Of a stretch of 64,000 bases of DNA, positions 15,293 to 27,139 are shown in pieces. This stretch comes from Lama guanicoe (Eukaryota). The position numbers and the translations under genes were made by a program. The DNA lies in contig MU054049.1 of the NCBI GenBank assembly GCA_013239625.1, positions 1,925,892-1,989,891 on the forward strand. The letters run 5' to 3'. Position 1 is the first letter of the stretch. The number at the start of each line of letters is the position of its first letter. Below the pieces are notes generated by a model, which was not told the DNA's origin, made no database searches, and was given only the letters and a program-made list of their open reading frames with translations.

Positions 15293-16058
15293 GACCTTAT
15301 AAGGCTTACAGTAAAACTCAAGAGCTTATTTTCCATAGACTGTGGAAAGAATTTCCAAATACACATAAATTACCTTCTGAAAAAGGGGACATGTCAGAAT
15401 ACAGACACTGCCAAATGAGTCACAGTTCACAGTATCAGCTACTTTTCAGGACTAAAGACAGTAATTTTCAATCAAGTGAACATACTATGGCATGTTGCCA
15501 GAAAAAAAATCACAAAAATTATGAAGTGGGCTTTAAGACTCCACATGGGATAACGGCAAAAATACAATTTTTACATTTTTTTGCAGTCAGACAGATTGGG
15601 ATTTAAATCCCAGCTTAACCAGCCACAAATTACATAATTCCAGTGGATTCAAAACCCAGATCTCAGTTTTCTCATTTGTGAATTGAGAACACCACCACCT
15701 GCCTGTCTGTCAAGAGCATTAGAGAAAATGAATGTACAAGGAAAAAAAAACAAAAATGGGTACACAATGGCCTAAGAAAACAGCAGCTGTGATCAATATA
15801 TTTATGTTCCAGTAATTCCCATGAATCTCAGAGGAAGGTTCATTAAATTAAAATCTCATTAACAATATTTATTTACTTCTTGTTTTTTGTTCCTGGGCTT
15901 TTTGGAATTGAAAAGTTTGAGACTAGGTTTAAATTTAGCATAAATAGTTAATAAGAAACACAACTATTTCCCTGCTTCGGTGTAAACCATTACTTGGTTA
16001 CCAGCTGCCTTGTGTTACCCTCCTTGTATTGGAGATATTTTTGATGGAAAAAAATTAC

Positions 16059-17045
16059 CTTTTGTCCTCTGCTTTGGGCAGTCTCATGAAATGATCTGTG
16101 ATTTTCGAATCCTTTTTCCCATGTTGCTTGGAGTTTCTGCACTCTACATTCAGGCTGGAAGTACTTCCAGGTAGTTTGACATTTAAATCATTCATTCCAG
16201 TGCGACTCTCTCCTCCTTCAAATTGGAAATGTAATCGAATTTCACCTCCCTTAGCAGAGGACCGTTTCCTCAGTTCGGTGTCTGCTTCTCTTGCTTGGAA
16301 CCTTGGAGGCTTATTTGCTGTTTGGGGGGAACTGCCATCCTCTTGTTCATCAAAACCTGGACTTGTCTCTTCATCTGCTTCTGAGTCCTGACAACTATTT
16401 TTGGAATTATCTACATCCATCGGTGACTCAGGTTCACTTTCTTTCTCAAGTGGAGGAGAATTTCCCAGGCTGCTTTCTTGTCTACTCAATTTGTTGGCAT
16501 TTTTCAGTCCAGTACCAACATCCTCAGAACCGATATCTGACAAGGGACTCTCTGGCACCACGTCTAACTCCTCCTGCTGACACCCTGCACAGGCTTCCAC
16601 AGGATGACAAGACCTGCTGCACTTCTGGTGACTTCTGGCTTCTCTGGTCTGTTCATCTTCTGTTGTCTGCTTCGCATTTGCAAGCTTTACAGGTGTCAAA
16701 AATTGTTGATTATCTCTACTTTCCTCACTATTTGTGTCACTGTGATCATCATTTTGGGGTGGCCGATCAATGTTAGCATTACTGAACTGCTCTGGTACCA
16801 GAGTTACTGCTGGAGGTTCACTTTCCAGAAGCCGCTCTGTATGTTTCCCCTCATTCTGCCACTTGCACATAGCTGCAGTCTGATGCTGGTTCAAATACTG
16901 TGTACTTTTTTCAACTGGTGATTTATCAAAACTTAGCTGAGAAACATTCTCTAATTTTTCCATGTTATGTTGATAAAAGTTATCTTTTTGTACAGAACTC
17001 ATCATGGATTCTTCTCTTTTGTTGTTGTTTTCTTTACTGTGCAAA
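16059..17045 (-). CDS. PARG: PARG exon 3 (large disordered regulatory region, LHSKENN...[19 protein letters not shown])
   Basis: 329-aa ORF matching PARG; TGTAG acceptor, AAG|GTAATT donor; 987 nt. Confidence 0.98.
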
Positions 17046-17659
17046 CTACAAGAGATTAGAAAGAATTAATGATACAACAGAATTTATGATACAACAGAAA
17101 GAACTTACAATGCAAAAAAAAAATCATGTACCTGAATGCACTCTTAGTGTCACAGCAATAATTAAACCATTTGTGATTACCTGAGCAAACAGCATGCTCT
17201 TTCATGATGCCATGTCTGCACATTTGCCTATAACACCCTTTTCCTAACTGTTTGCCTGGCAAACACCTACCAGAGTGCAGTGTTAAACTTCACTCGCCTT
17301 CCGTGCAGTCTTTTTTACAAAGGTAAAGCTGATTGTCTGTTCTATATGCTAGCCACCACCGTACCTTGTTTATACCTTTACTGTTGCATTTATCACACCA
17401 CGTAATTATCATGGATTTTGGTGTCTATCAGCAACACTACACTATAAGCATCTTCAAGACACAGACTCCTCTTTCATTTCTGTACCTTAAGTATATTGGA
17501 TGATCCCTGGCACATAGGAGATTCTAAAAAAATTATTATTTATAAACTGAAAGAATGAACAAATGTAGATAAAGAAAAAAGGAGAGAAAATAGCATGAAG
17601 CTCCATAAAATATTCATATATGATGTCATTTGTTTTTCTATATAAGCATGTTTCTATAC

Positions 17660-17726
17660 CTTTCTGATTCAGCTGTCTTGATTCCTTTAGTGTCCATCCA
17701 ACTGGTAATAGTCTTTTGTTTGAAAA
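17660..17726 (-). CDS. PARG: PARG exon 2 (VFKQKTITSWMDTKGIKTAESES)
   Basis: TTTACAG acceptor, AG|GTATAG donor; 67 nt, frame joins exons 1 and 3. Confidence 0.96.
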
Positions 17727-18019
17727 CTGTAAAAACAAACAAAAACAAAACATTAATGTATACACATGCATGCCTTCAAAGATAAGATACCTATAGCAGC
17801 ATATATACACGTAAGGCATTGTGCTTGATTCTGTGCATTCAACAAAGATCAATCACTCCTTCCACAATCAAGCAATGGGAGATAACACAGGAACATAAAG
17901 AGAAATACATCTGACGCAGAACAGACAGTGACCCAACCCTAAAAGAGTTGGTCTAGCTTAATGGATGAGAATATAGGCTGCGAAGTCAGACGACAAATGG
18001 ATCAGAGTCACACTCAGAC

Positions 18020-18220
18020 CTACTGAATTCAAACCCTGGCTCTCCTACTGGATTCTTCTGTGACTTTGTGAGGACTCATTTCTCTGTGTCTCAGGTTTCT
18101 TATCTGTAAACATGCAAATTAATAGTATCTCTGCTGGGCTTATGGTGAGGTTTAAATTAAATAACAACCCGTGCAAAGTTCTGAGGGCATTATCTGATAT
18201 ATGCTTAGTAGGTGTTAGTT
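18020..18220. mobile_element. MIR SINE
   Basis: TTCAAACCCTGGCTCT...TCTGTGTCTCAGGTTTCTTATCTGTAAA core. Confidence 0.7.
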
Positions 18221-18634
18221 CTTAATTATCTTTAGCATTAAAAGAGATTCTGATAAGGAATTAAGGTATTTCTGAGGAAAAGTCTACTTTAGGAAATAAG
18301 AGTAAGTGGGATAATCTCATAAGAAATGCTTAAATTGTGCCTCGAGGAATAAACATGTAGTCATACAAAGGGAACATCAAAAGCAATGGCACCAATGGCA
18401 GACAAAGATAAAGAAAGCCATAGAAAATGATTGAAAAGTCAGCTAGGACTGTATCATGGAGGTCCCTGAACAACTCACAAAAAGAGTACAAAAAAAAGTG
18501 TCAAGAGTCACACTCAGAGCTGTACTTCCAGAGTGCAAATCTAGGAGGCTCCCAGTCAGGCAGGATACATAGCCTGGAGGGCAAAGGTGAAGGGACAAGA
18601 CGGAAGTGCCTATTAGTAGAAGCCACTGGCCTGG

Positions 18635-18805
18635 GTCATGGTTCCCAAACCAACTGAATGACCAGGAGGCTGATAACAAATGGATCTGAGGGCCACATCC
18701 AGACCTACTGAATCAAAATCTATATGTGGTGATGGAGGCCTGAGAGGAGCAGGAATCTATGTTTTCTTCACAAAGTGATTCTGATGATCAGCAAGGTTGG
18801 AGAGG
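18635..18805. mobile_element. MER5-family DNA transposon relic
   Basis: CCAGACCTACTGAATCAAAATCT...AAGTGATTCTGATG. Confidence 0.6.
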
Positions 18806-19770
18806 GCCAAAACTAGTCCTTGGGAAAACACAGAGGAAAAGTTGAGATGTAAGTCATTACAGACTTCACAATGATAGGAGAAGTTAAAAGAGACACTAAG
18901 CTTTAAGCCTGAGAGACTTGAAAGATGGTGACAGCATCAAATAGAAACAGAATACAAAAGAACTAGATTTAGGGGGGGAATACGATTAGGTTAATTCTGA
19001 ACACACCAAATTTGAAATGCCAAAGAGATAACTAGATAGAAATGAACAGCAGACAGCAGCAAAAGTAGAACTGATGATTCAGGAGGGGGAAATGTAACAT
19101 AAATAAACACAAACCACAATTTATATAAACGTTAGAAATTTAAGCATGTTGTCAAAATTTAATGTACTGTGTACAGATTACACTATATAACATTTTCGTA
19201 TAAGAAAACACAAAATCTTGAACATTCTCAACTACTGTCTAAATTGCAAGGTAAAAATCTAGCACCTAGGTCATAGACTCTTCTCATTCACCTATGCCCC
19301 CTCAAACACCACAGCATGAGCAAAACAGATGCTGTCACAAATAGATGAAAATCGATAATTTATTTTTTACTGTATTTGAGTGCCAATACGATTTACACTT
19401 TCCACAAAATACTAACATAAAACTAGTAAAAAATATTTGCTTAGCATTTTTAAATTATTTCTATCACAAAATATATATATATATATATTTCTTGTTAAAC
19501 ACCATTACTTTAATTTTATTAAGTTAGTACTCCTACAGCAAATCAGGCTTCAGAGAAAAAAATGAGCTTCAGTCACAAGGGAGTAAGAGGATGAACTACC
19601 TGATTTTGAGATTTTTTCTATAGTTCCATCTTATCTATTTAATTACATAAAACACAGCAAGAATAGAAAATCCTCAAAGTACAAGTTAGCAATGAGCCAA
19701 AAAAAAATTCGTTTTTTGAGTCAGTGTAGAATTTAAAATATCTTTTTCCATAAATGTAAAGAGTGAATGG

Positions 19771-19918
19771 GGGGGGGCAAGGGGGTATAACTCAGTGGTA
19801 GAGTATGTGCCCCGCATGCACGACGTCCTGGGTTCAATCCCCAGTACTGCCATTTAAAAATAAATAAATAAACAAACAAACCGGATTACCACCCCCTACC
19901 CAGAAAAAAAAATTTTTT
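19771..19918 (+). mobile_element. tRNA-derived SINE (Vic-1-like, camelid type)
   Basis: A-box-like TAACTCAGTGG, B box GGTTCAATCCC, A-rich tail; target-site duplication TAAAGAGT(G/A)AATGG at 19757-19770 and 19919-19932. Confidence 0.9.
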
Positions 19919-20183
19919 TAAAGAGTAAATGGTGTGCAATGGCTACGTTCCTACAACATGCATAAAGCATGGCACTATGACAAGTCCACAGACCCTAAAG
20001 AGTGCATGCAACATCATTCCATACAAAAATTACGAAGAGTGTTCCAGTGCAGTTGAAGGAGCGGGCTCTCTTCTGCAGCTCTGACACTGAGAATGTATTC
20101 TCTGTCTAGCTTCAGGTTTCCTATTACAATTCCTGAAGCCTGAGAACAGGATGAAGGAGGAGAAGCAAGAGTTGAGGAACTGA

Positions 20184-21462
20184 GCCAAAACAATCTTGAA
20201 AAAGTAGAATGGAGCTGGAGGAATCATGCTCCCTGACTTCAGACTATACTATAAAGCTACGGTAATCAAAACAGTATGGTACTGGCTCAAAAACAGACAC
20301 ATAAATCAATGGAACAGGATAGAAAGTCCAGAAATAAACCCATGTACATATGGTCAATTAATCTACGACAAAGGAGGCAAGAATATACAATGGAGAAAAG
20401 ATGGTCTCTTCAACAAATGGTACTGGGAAAACTGGGCAGCTACCTGTAAAAGACTGAAATTAGAATATTCCCTAACACCATGTACAAAAATAAACTGAAA
20501 ATGGATTAAAGACCTAGATGTAAGACCAGATACTATAAAACTCCTAGAGGAAAACATAGGCAGAACGCTTGCAGATATATATTACAGCAATATATTTTTT
20601 GTAAGAGCTCCTGGAATATTGGAATTAAAAGCAAAAATAAACAAATGAGATCTAATTAAACTTAAAAGCTTTTGCACAGCTAAGGATACCATCAACAAAA
20701 CAAAAAGAATAGGGGAAAATACTTGCAAATGATGTGACTGACAAGGGACTAATTTCCAAAATATACAAACAGCTCATACACCTTAATATCAAAAAAACAA
20801 GCAACCCAATCCAAAAATGGGCAGAAGACCTGGACAAGCAATTCTCCAATGAAGACATACAAATGGCCAATAGGCACATGAAAAAATGTTCAGCATTGCT
20901 CATTGTCAGAGAAATGCAGATCAAAACTTCAATGAGATATCACTTCACACCAGCCAAAATGGCCATCAATGAAAAGTCTACAAATGACAGATGCTGGAGA
21001 TGGTGTGGAGAAAGGGGAACCCTCCTACACTGTTAGTGGGAGTGTAGATTGGTGGAGCCACTGTGGAGGACAGTATGGAGGTTCCTTAAAAAAACTGAAA
21101 ATAGAGTTACCATGTGATCCAGCAATACCATTCCTGGGCAATATATCCAGAGAAAAATAAAATTCAAAAAGACACATGCACCCCAATGTTCATAGCAGCA
21201 CTATTTTCGATAGTCAAGACATGGAAACAACCCAAATGTACATCAACAGATGACTGGATAAAGAAGATGTGGTACATATATACAATGGAACACTATTCAC
21301 CCATAAAAAAGAATAGATTAATGCCATTTGCAGCAATATGGATGGACCTGAAGACTGTCATTCAAAGTGAAGTGGGCCAGAAAGAGAAAGAAAAATGCCA
21401 TATGACATTATTTATATAAAGAATCTAAAAAATAACAATAATAAGGACACAAATGAACTAAT
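20184..21462 (+). mobile_element. 5'-truncated L1 (ORF2 C-terminal part and start of the 3'UTR), ORF disrupted
   Basis: ORF pieces [43 protein letters not shown]. Confidence 0.95.
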
Positions 21463-23189
21463 TATTATTTTGATTTCTTGAGTATGTGTGAGCACACTTG
21501 ACTGTCCTTTATGATTGGATTACTGCATTCTATTGATTCTTATTTTGTAATAGGCTTTATTCCTGTGATAACTATGTAAGTTTACAAAGCTAAAGATCTA
21601 ACCTGTTCTTAGAAACAACAGTACATACATGAAAACCAAAAAATGTGCAGTATACTGTTTATATGTATTTACATGCAATATAATGTGTATGTACAGTCGA
21701 ACTGTAGTAATTCTACATAATAAAACTGGAAAAAAAAAGGTTTAGGAACTGATACTTCCTGCTAATAAAACAGTCCTCAGTCCTTCAGAGGGCCCCAAAT
21801 AAGGATAGCCTCTCTCTCTTTCCAAAACTACTACTTCTGGCTTCCAAAGATTTCTTTCACAACACATCACAGGACTGCTTCAGCTGTACTCCTCTTATTC
21901 CTGAAGTAAGCATAAAATGATGCTTCCCAGGTTCCAGGGAATTTCTTTTAACTAGAAGTATTCACAGCAAACAGGGAGACAATAGAAAGTGATGAGACTG
22001 ATACAAGGTCTGGAGTCAAACAGAACCTTGGACTGAGATCTTTGCTCAGTCATGTAGTAGTACGTACTTCATTTCTTTGAGCTTTTATTTCCTCACCTAT
22101 AAGATGTGGTTAACAATACCTATTTCCAATGCTTACGTAGATGAGAGAAAATTTGTGTCCAGGCTCACAAAGCAGAAACTCAACAGATGTATTCTCTCCC
22201 AACATTTCCACCCAATCTCTTTTTTCACTGTGATCAGTTCTCCAACTTCACTCTGACTACACCATTTATACATAATCTCATCAGTAACCTCATTCAGCGA
22301 TCAGCCTGTTTCAGTGAGCAAATCATTCAATTAGGTACTAGAGATACAGGAAAAAGGCACAAAGTGCAGTAAAATTCACCTGCATTTAAAGGGACACCTC
22401 ATCTTCACAAAAAGTCTCTTTCCTCCAGCAGCAACAAGGCATGGACAAAAGGGTGTGGTGAGACCAAAAAGCAATGGACAGTGGGAGTCTTTCGAGACGA
22501 GGAAAGAGGTTTGAAGATGCTTTTGACAGCACTGAGGCTGCAAGAGTAAGGGGAATGGAGGACAAGCAGTCCCAGTCCCCCACCCACCCAACACTGACCT
22601 ACACTTGGACTAACCCTGGATTGGGGAGAGCAACTCTAGGTAGTTATAACAGGCAGAAAAGGGGAGCTCCTACAGCAATCCAACTGGACAAAGCATTCCT
22701 CATCGGAATGTGAATGCGCTGAGTTCTGCCCATGTGCAGATTTGCAGATTTCAATCAATATAAGAAATATGCCCAGGAAGATACAAAAATTTAAAGATAC
22801 TAAATAAATATCCATTTCCCTTCCTCACTTACTTCTCCTGGGATAACTATACATAAAAATTTCAAATATTGAGTTCCTAAGAGAATTTCAAAATTTGAAA
22901 CAATAGATTTTGATACAATTTAGACTTGGAACACTTCGTTCATTGGTGTCCTGTGACAGGTATACAGAAAATATTTACATACATACACAAGTACAGCCCA
23001 AGTATTAATCCGGTTCCTCTTCTGCAGAAAATCTTTCTGCAGAAAATCAGAAGATCCAATGAATGAGGACTGACTGGCTCCCATCACCTCAAACTCACTC
23101 CTTCTGCTCTGTACACCAATAAAGTTAATCAGACCACAAATTAGCCTATCACAGAAGTCAAACACAGTACCTAGAGGTCACTCTCAGCT

Positions 23190-24870
23190 CCCCCTCCTGT
23201 CCACTCTCCTTCAACAAGTCCTCTGAAATCTACATCCTACATCTTAAACTCATCTCTTCCTTCTCATCTTCAAAATAACACCAACATTAAAAGAACAGGT
23301 ACATTACTCACTAGGCAACTGCATTTGTTTCCTGTGACTGGTCTCCTTGCCTACCATCCTGACCTTCTCTAACCCAGTGTTTCACAAACAACAAATGACA
23401 AACATTTTTTAATAAAATAATATAGACAACATGAGAATGCATCAGACACAGTAAAGGTTAAGCATTATTTCCTGAAACATGTTTGTTATAAGTATGGCAT
23501 GTTTACCAGAAGATAAAAGTATTTCCTACGCTGTGTATCAAGTGACGTACTGTGGGTTGCAGTCAGAAAAGTTCAAAGACATCTTTTCTAAAATATTAAC
23601 CAAACGATATCCTCTTTCCCACAAGATTTTAGTGGTTCCCCATTAACCACAGAATAAAGTCCAAACTCCTTGAAATGGCACTTGAGTTTGTTGAAAATTA
23701 AGCTCTTGCCCCCCTTCCTAGCCTCAACTGACAGCCCTGTCATTCTGTGCTCCTGTCAAACCGCGATTTGCACATGCCTTTCCCTCTGTCTATATAACTT
23801 TTTCTCGCCTTGATCTATTCAGCAAATCCTGTTCATCCTTCAGTATTGTTCACGCCTGCTCCCCACTGCCTCTAAGTCCTGAGAAAACTAAGTGTACACC
23901 GCTTGCCAGGGCACTGCTTGACTTCTGCTCAGCTTCTTAATATTGTTGACCAACGTATCCTTTTTGAAACGCTCTCGTCCCTGCACGACACGACAAATGC
24001 CAGGCTCTCCCTCTACTTCTCAGGCTGCTTTTCTAAAGTCTACTTTTAAATGGTGGTGTTTCTAATGTTTCCATCCTAGGTAACTTCTATTTTCGCTACA
24101 TGCTTTATATGATCTAATTTACTTCCACAGCATCAATTATCATGTCTATGCGAAGAACTCCCAAATTTGTATTTCCAACACAGATATATTTCTTATGAGA
24201 TACAAACCCGCGTATACCATTCTCTCCTGAGTCCATACATTTTTCCCCTTTCCTACTGCCTGCAGCCAGGTATAAACCATCATCACCTCACATCTAGACT
24301 AACTCCTTAACTAGTCTTGGGCCTGCACTTCTGCTCCCTTTCAATCCATTCTTCATTTTCCACACATCAGCCACAGGGACCTTTAAGTATATACACATAT
24401 TTTAGTTAAAAAAAAATATATATATATCCAATCAAGTTACTCCCCTACAGAAAACCTTTAATAGTTTCTCATTGCCCTTAAAGTTCAAAACCCTTAGCAT
24501 TGTCCAGTATGATCTCATTTTTACCCACCTGTTTGCAACCCCACTACTCACTACTCTCCCCTGTTGACAATATTAATCAGCTGCACTTTGGGAACACTCC
24601 TTAACTTCCTCTTCATCTACCTAACACCTCAACACTCTTCTGTTCTCAGAATAAGATTCTCATCTTCTGTCTAGGAAAGTATCTTTGATCCCACCACAAA
24701 CACCTGATTTTCTACCATAACAATCTGTTTTCTTCATGTTTGGAAACATCCATTACCCTTTATTATGTTGACTTCTGTAACTGTCTGTCTATCTTGATAG
24801 ATTTAAGGGTCTGAAGACAGAAGCCAAGTTACCCTTGTTCAACACTGTAGGCCAGAGACAAGTACAATGC
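23190..24870 (+). mobile_element. Degenerate L2 fragments
   Basis: CCATCATCACCTCACATCTAGAC...CAATCCATTCT...CAGCCACAGGGACCTTT L2 motifs. Confidence 0.6.
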
Positions 24871-25292
24871 CAGTTAAGTGTAACATCTCTGCACCCAAAG
24901 ACTTAGAATCTAAACTGAGGGAAGTTGCGACTTTCTTCGTAGCTTTCTTTCCATCTAGAGACTGAAGCTTCATATACACAATTAAACCTCCTTTACGACT
25001 GACGCAATTTCTCCGTCAAACCCGAGGAAAGCAAACAGGTGGAATCCCTTGCCACTTCCCGCCCAGTGAATGACTTCTCATCAGGGTTTCTCGCAACACC
25101 AATCGCCACAGGAAAATTTCGGCCCCAATTCCCCACTAGTGGCCTTGGTGGCTCAGTACGGGGACCTCAGCGTTCAGAGTGGTGCACACCAGACCAAAAG
25201 CGGGGGAGGGTGGCTGGAGTCCCTGGGTCCTCAGAGACCAAGAAGAGGTTTGGGCCGAGGCGAAGGACAAAGAGCTTTATTTCCCCACGTAC

Positions 25293-25512
25293 CAAGCGAG
25301 GTGGCGCTGCCTCTGTGCGGTCCCGCCCGCCCCGGGATGCAGCCTGACGAGGACGGCGGGACCCTGAATTGCACGGGAGCGTCCTTGGAATCGAGGACGC
25401 GCCGCTGCCTGCCGGGGAAGCTCCGGGGGTCCGAGGCGGCCGGCGGAGAAGTTGCAGCGGCGCCCCAGCGGGGTCGTTTGGTGCAGGGCTCACAGCCGGG
25501 GCCCGCACTCAT
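25293..25512 (-). CDS. PARG: Poly(ADP-ribose) glycohydrolase, coding exon 1 ([16 protein letters not shown]...GSATSL), includes NLS
   Basis: Translation matches the PARG N-terminus; ATG at 25512; donor G|GTACGT; 220 nt, ends phase 1. Confidence 0.97.
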
Positions 25513-25560
25513 GCTGGGACCCGCAGCGCACAGTCCCCGGGCTAGCCCGGGCGGATAGCC

Positions 25561-25620
25561 TCATTCACTAACCCTGGGAGGGAGGAACTGCGCCTCCTTC
25601 TCGGCGCCTCCCGGCACCAT
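25561..25620 (-). other. PARG: PARG upstream ORF / exon-1a coding segment (MVPGGAEKEAQFLPPRVSE*)
   Basis: Strong Kozak GGCATGG at 25620; internal donor AGG|GTTAGT at 25573/25572; resembles the recalled human PARG60 N-terminus MVQAGAEKDAQSISL. Confidence 0.75.
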
Positions 25621-25986
25621 GCCCTCTCTGCCGCTGCCTGCTTCTGCAGCTGCTGCTCTGCCGGCCTCCCGAGCCAGGCCCTATCCAGTCGCCTGCCTTC
25701 CCTCTTCCACAGGCACCCCACCTGCCTCAGGATGCGCCGCTTTGATTCTGGCTTCGTTCACTTTCCCACCACCGGAAAGCTGCCGTCAGGCGCTTCCGGC
25801 TTCCGGGACGTACGCTGTCGCAAAGCGGAAGTGTGGGGTTTAGCGGGCACCGGCGCCCGGAAGGTCAGCGTGTGAAGGAGGTGGTGGTAGCGCGGGTCTC
25901 CCCGCTGTTACCGAGGCGCAACGGCCGAGCAGACGATCCCGGCCTGAGGCAGGGGTGAGAAGCAGACGGGCAGTTTGCTGCACACC

Positions 25987-26092
25987 ATGGAGGGCGGCGG
26001 AGGAAGCGGCAACAAAACCACAGGAGGGCTGGCCGGCTTTTTTGGAGCCGGCGGAGCAGGCTACTCGCACGCGGATTTGGCTGGAGTCCCGC
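25987..26092 (+). CDS. TIMM23: Mitochondrial inner membrane translocase Tim23, exon 1 (MEGGGGSGNKTTGGLAGFFGAGGAGYSHADLAGVP)
   Basis: Kozak ACCATGG; C|GTAAGT donor; 106 nt. Confidence 0.98.
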
Positions 26093-26164
26093 GTAAGTAT
26101 CGGGCCTTGCTTGCGAACACTTCTGACTGGTTCTTGGGACCTCGCCAGACGTGCGGCGTGCTCT

Positions 26165-26246
26165 GTTCTCTCGCTCCGTCTCTCTCCCTCTCTCTCCCTC
26201 TCTCTCTCCCCCTCTTTCTCCCCCTCTCTCTCCCTCTCTCTCTCTA
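26165..26246. repeat. (CT)n/CCT polypyrimidine repeat in TIMM23 intron 1
   Basis: Nearly pure C/T tract. Confidence 0.93.
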
Positions 26247-27139
26247 GCGGTCACAAGCTTCAGTAGCAGTGGTGGGGTTAGTGTGTCTGCGCGGCCGGTC
26301 TTTCAACATTGAACCATTTTTTGGAGTCGTAGATCTCTAGAAGCTCTCTGTGGTTGGCTTGGACTGAGGAGATGTTGCATGTTTTCCTCCTTTTACATTT
26401 AAGCCCCGTGCCTCATCTTTCCTCTGACACATTTCTTGTGTGTTGGGCTGTGTGCTTGGCCGGCCAACTAGGTAAAGAAGAGAACCCAGCTCTGAAAGTA
26501 AATGCAGTCCAAATATCGAGCCCATAAATAATTTCTTAGCGCAAAACCACAAAGGAGCCGTCGGGGCAGAACACTCAATAGTAATGCACACGGGTCGAGG
26601 CAACTGGAGGAACTTGAACTTGAAAGAGAGCTGAACTGTAAAAGCCACTTATAGACATGAAGAAAGAAGCCAATAAGAATTTTTGGAATTTTGGAAAGGA
26701 TATTTGCAAGATCGAGGGTGCCGAAGCACGAGTACCCTGCCTGTGCCCTCTCTTTAATACTTTAAATATGTATTCCTGATCTTTGGAACTTTCTAACTGG
26801 GTATTCAACTTAATGAATAGAACTTGGACTTAAAGATAGTAGGAAGTTGATGAAGAATAAGCACTTTATAAAACTTTTCTCTTTTGAGAACCTTTGTATT
26901 ATTTCTTTAGGTCCTTTGTGCACAAAAACAAAAACGCCCTTTAAAGTTCCTCATGTCAACCTGTGTCAGAACTGAATCTAGAACATAGTTTGTGAATAAT
27001 AAAAAGAATAAGATGATTGTACTTAGTTTGTATAAAATAAGTCTTAGGAGCTCTGAGTTTTGGAGCACAAATGTGAAAAAGCATTGTTACATTATTTAAG
27101 ATTTGAAGGTAAATTTAGATATTAAAGGGTGAACACCAT

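Larger units (their letters stand above)
25230..26170. promoter_or_regulatory. CpG island / bidirectional PARG-TIMM23 promoter
   Basis: GC- and CpG-rich; divergent ATGs at 25512 (-) and 25987 (+); ETS/GABP motifs CTTCCGG x2 (25793-25806), GCGGAAGTG (25825-25833), CCGGAAG (25857-25863). Confidence 0.92.

Noticed and set aside
15178..15606. 142-aa ORF with poly-lysine
   Set aside because: Produced by the poly-A tract, starts at TTG, and is antisense within a PARG intron.
16098..17184. Plus-strand ORFs over PARG exon 3
   Set aside because: Antisense shadows of the real coding exon.
19780..19852. tRNA-like sequence with A and B boxes
   Set aside because: It has an A-rich tail, a target-site duplication and two related copies in the window, so it is a SINE and not a tRNA gene.
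20226..21419. L1 ORF2 pieces as an active retroelement
   Set aside because: 5'-truncated and broken by stops and frameshifts.
22375..22735. Overlapping ORFs in a possible LTR-like segment
   Set aside because: No recognisable protein similarity, and I could not assign a repeat family with confidence.
25039..26266. Several 60-160 aa ORFs in the CpG island
   Set aside because: Expected from stop-codon scarcity in GC-rich DNA and from the CT repeat; only the PARG, TIMM23 and uORF frames are supported.
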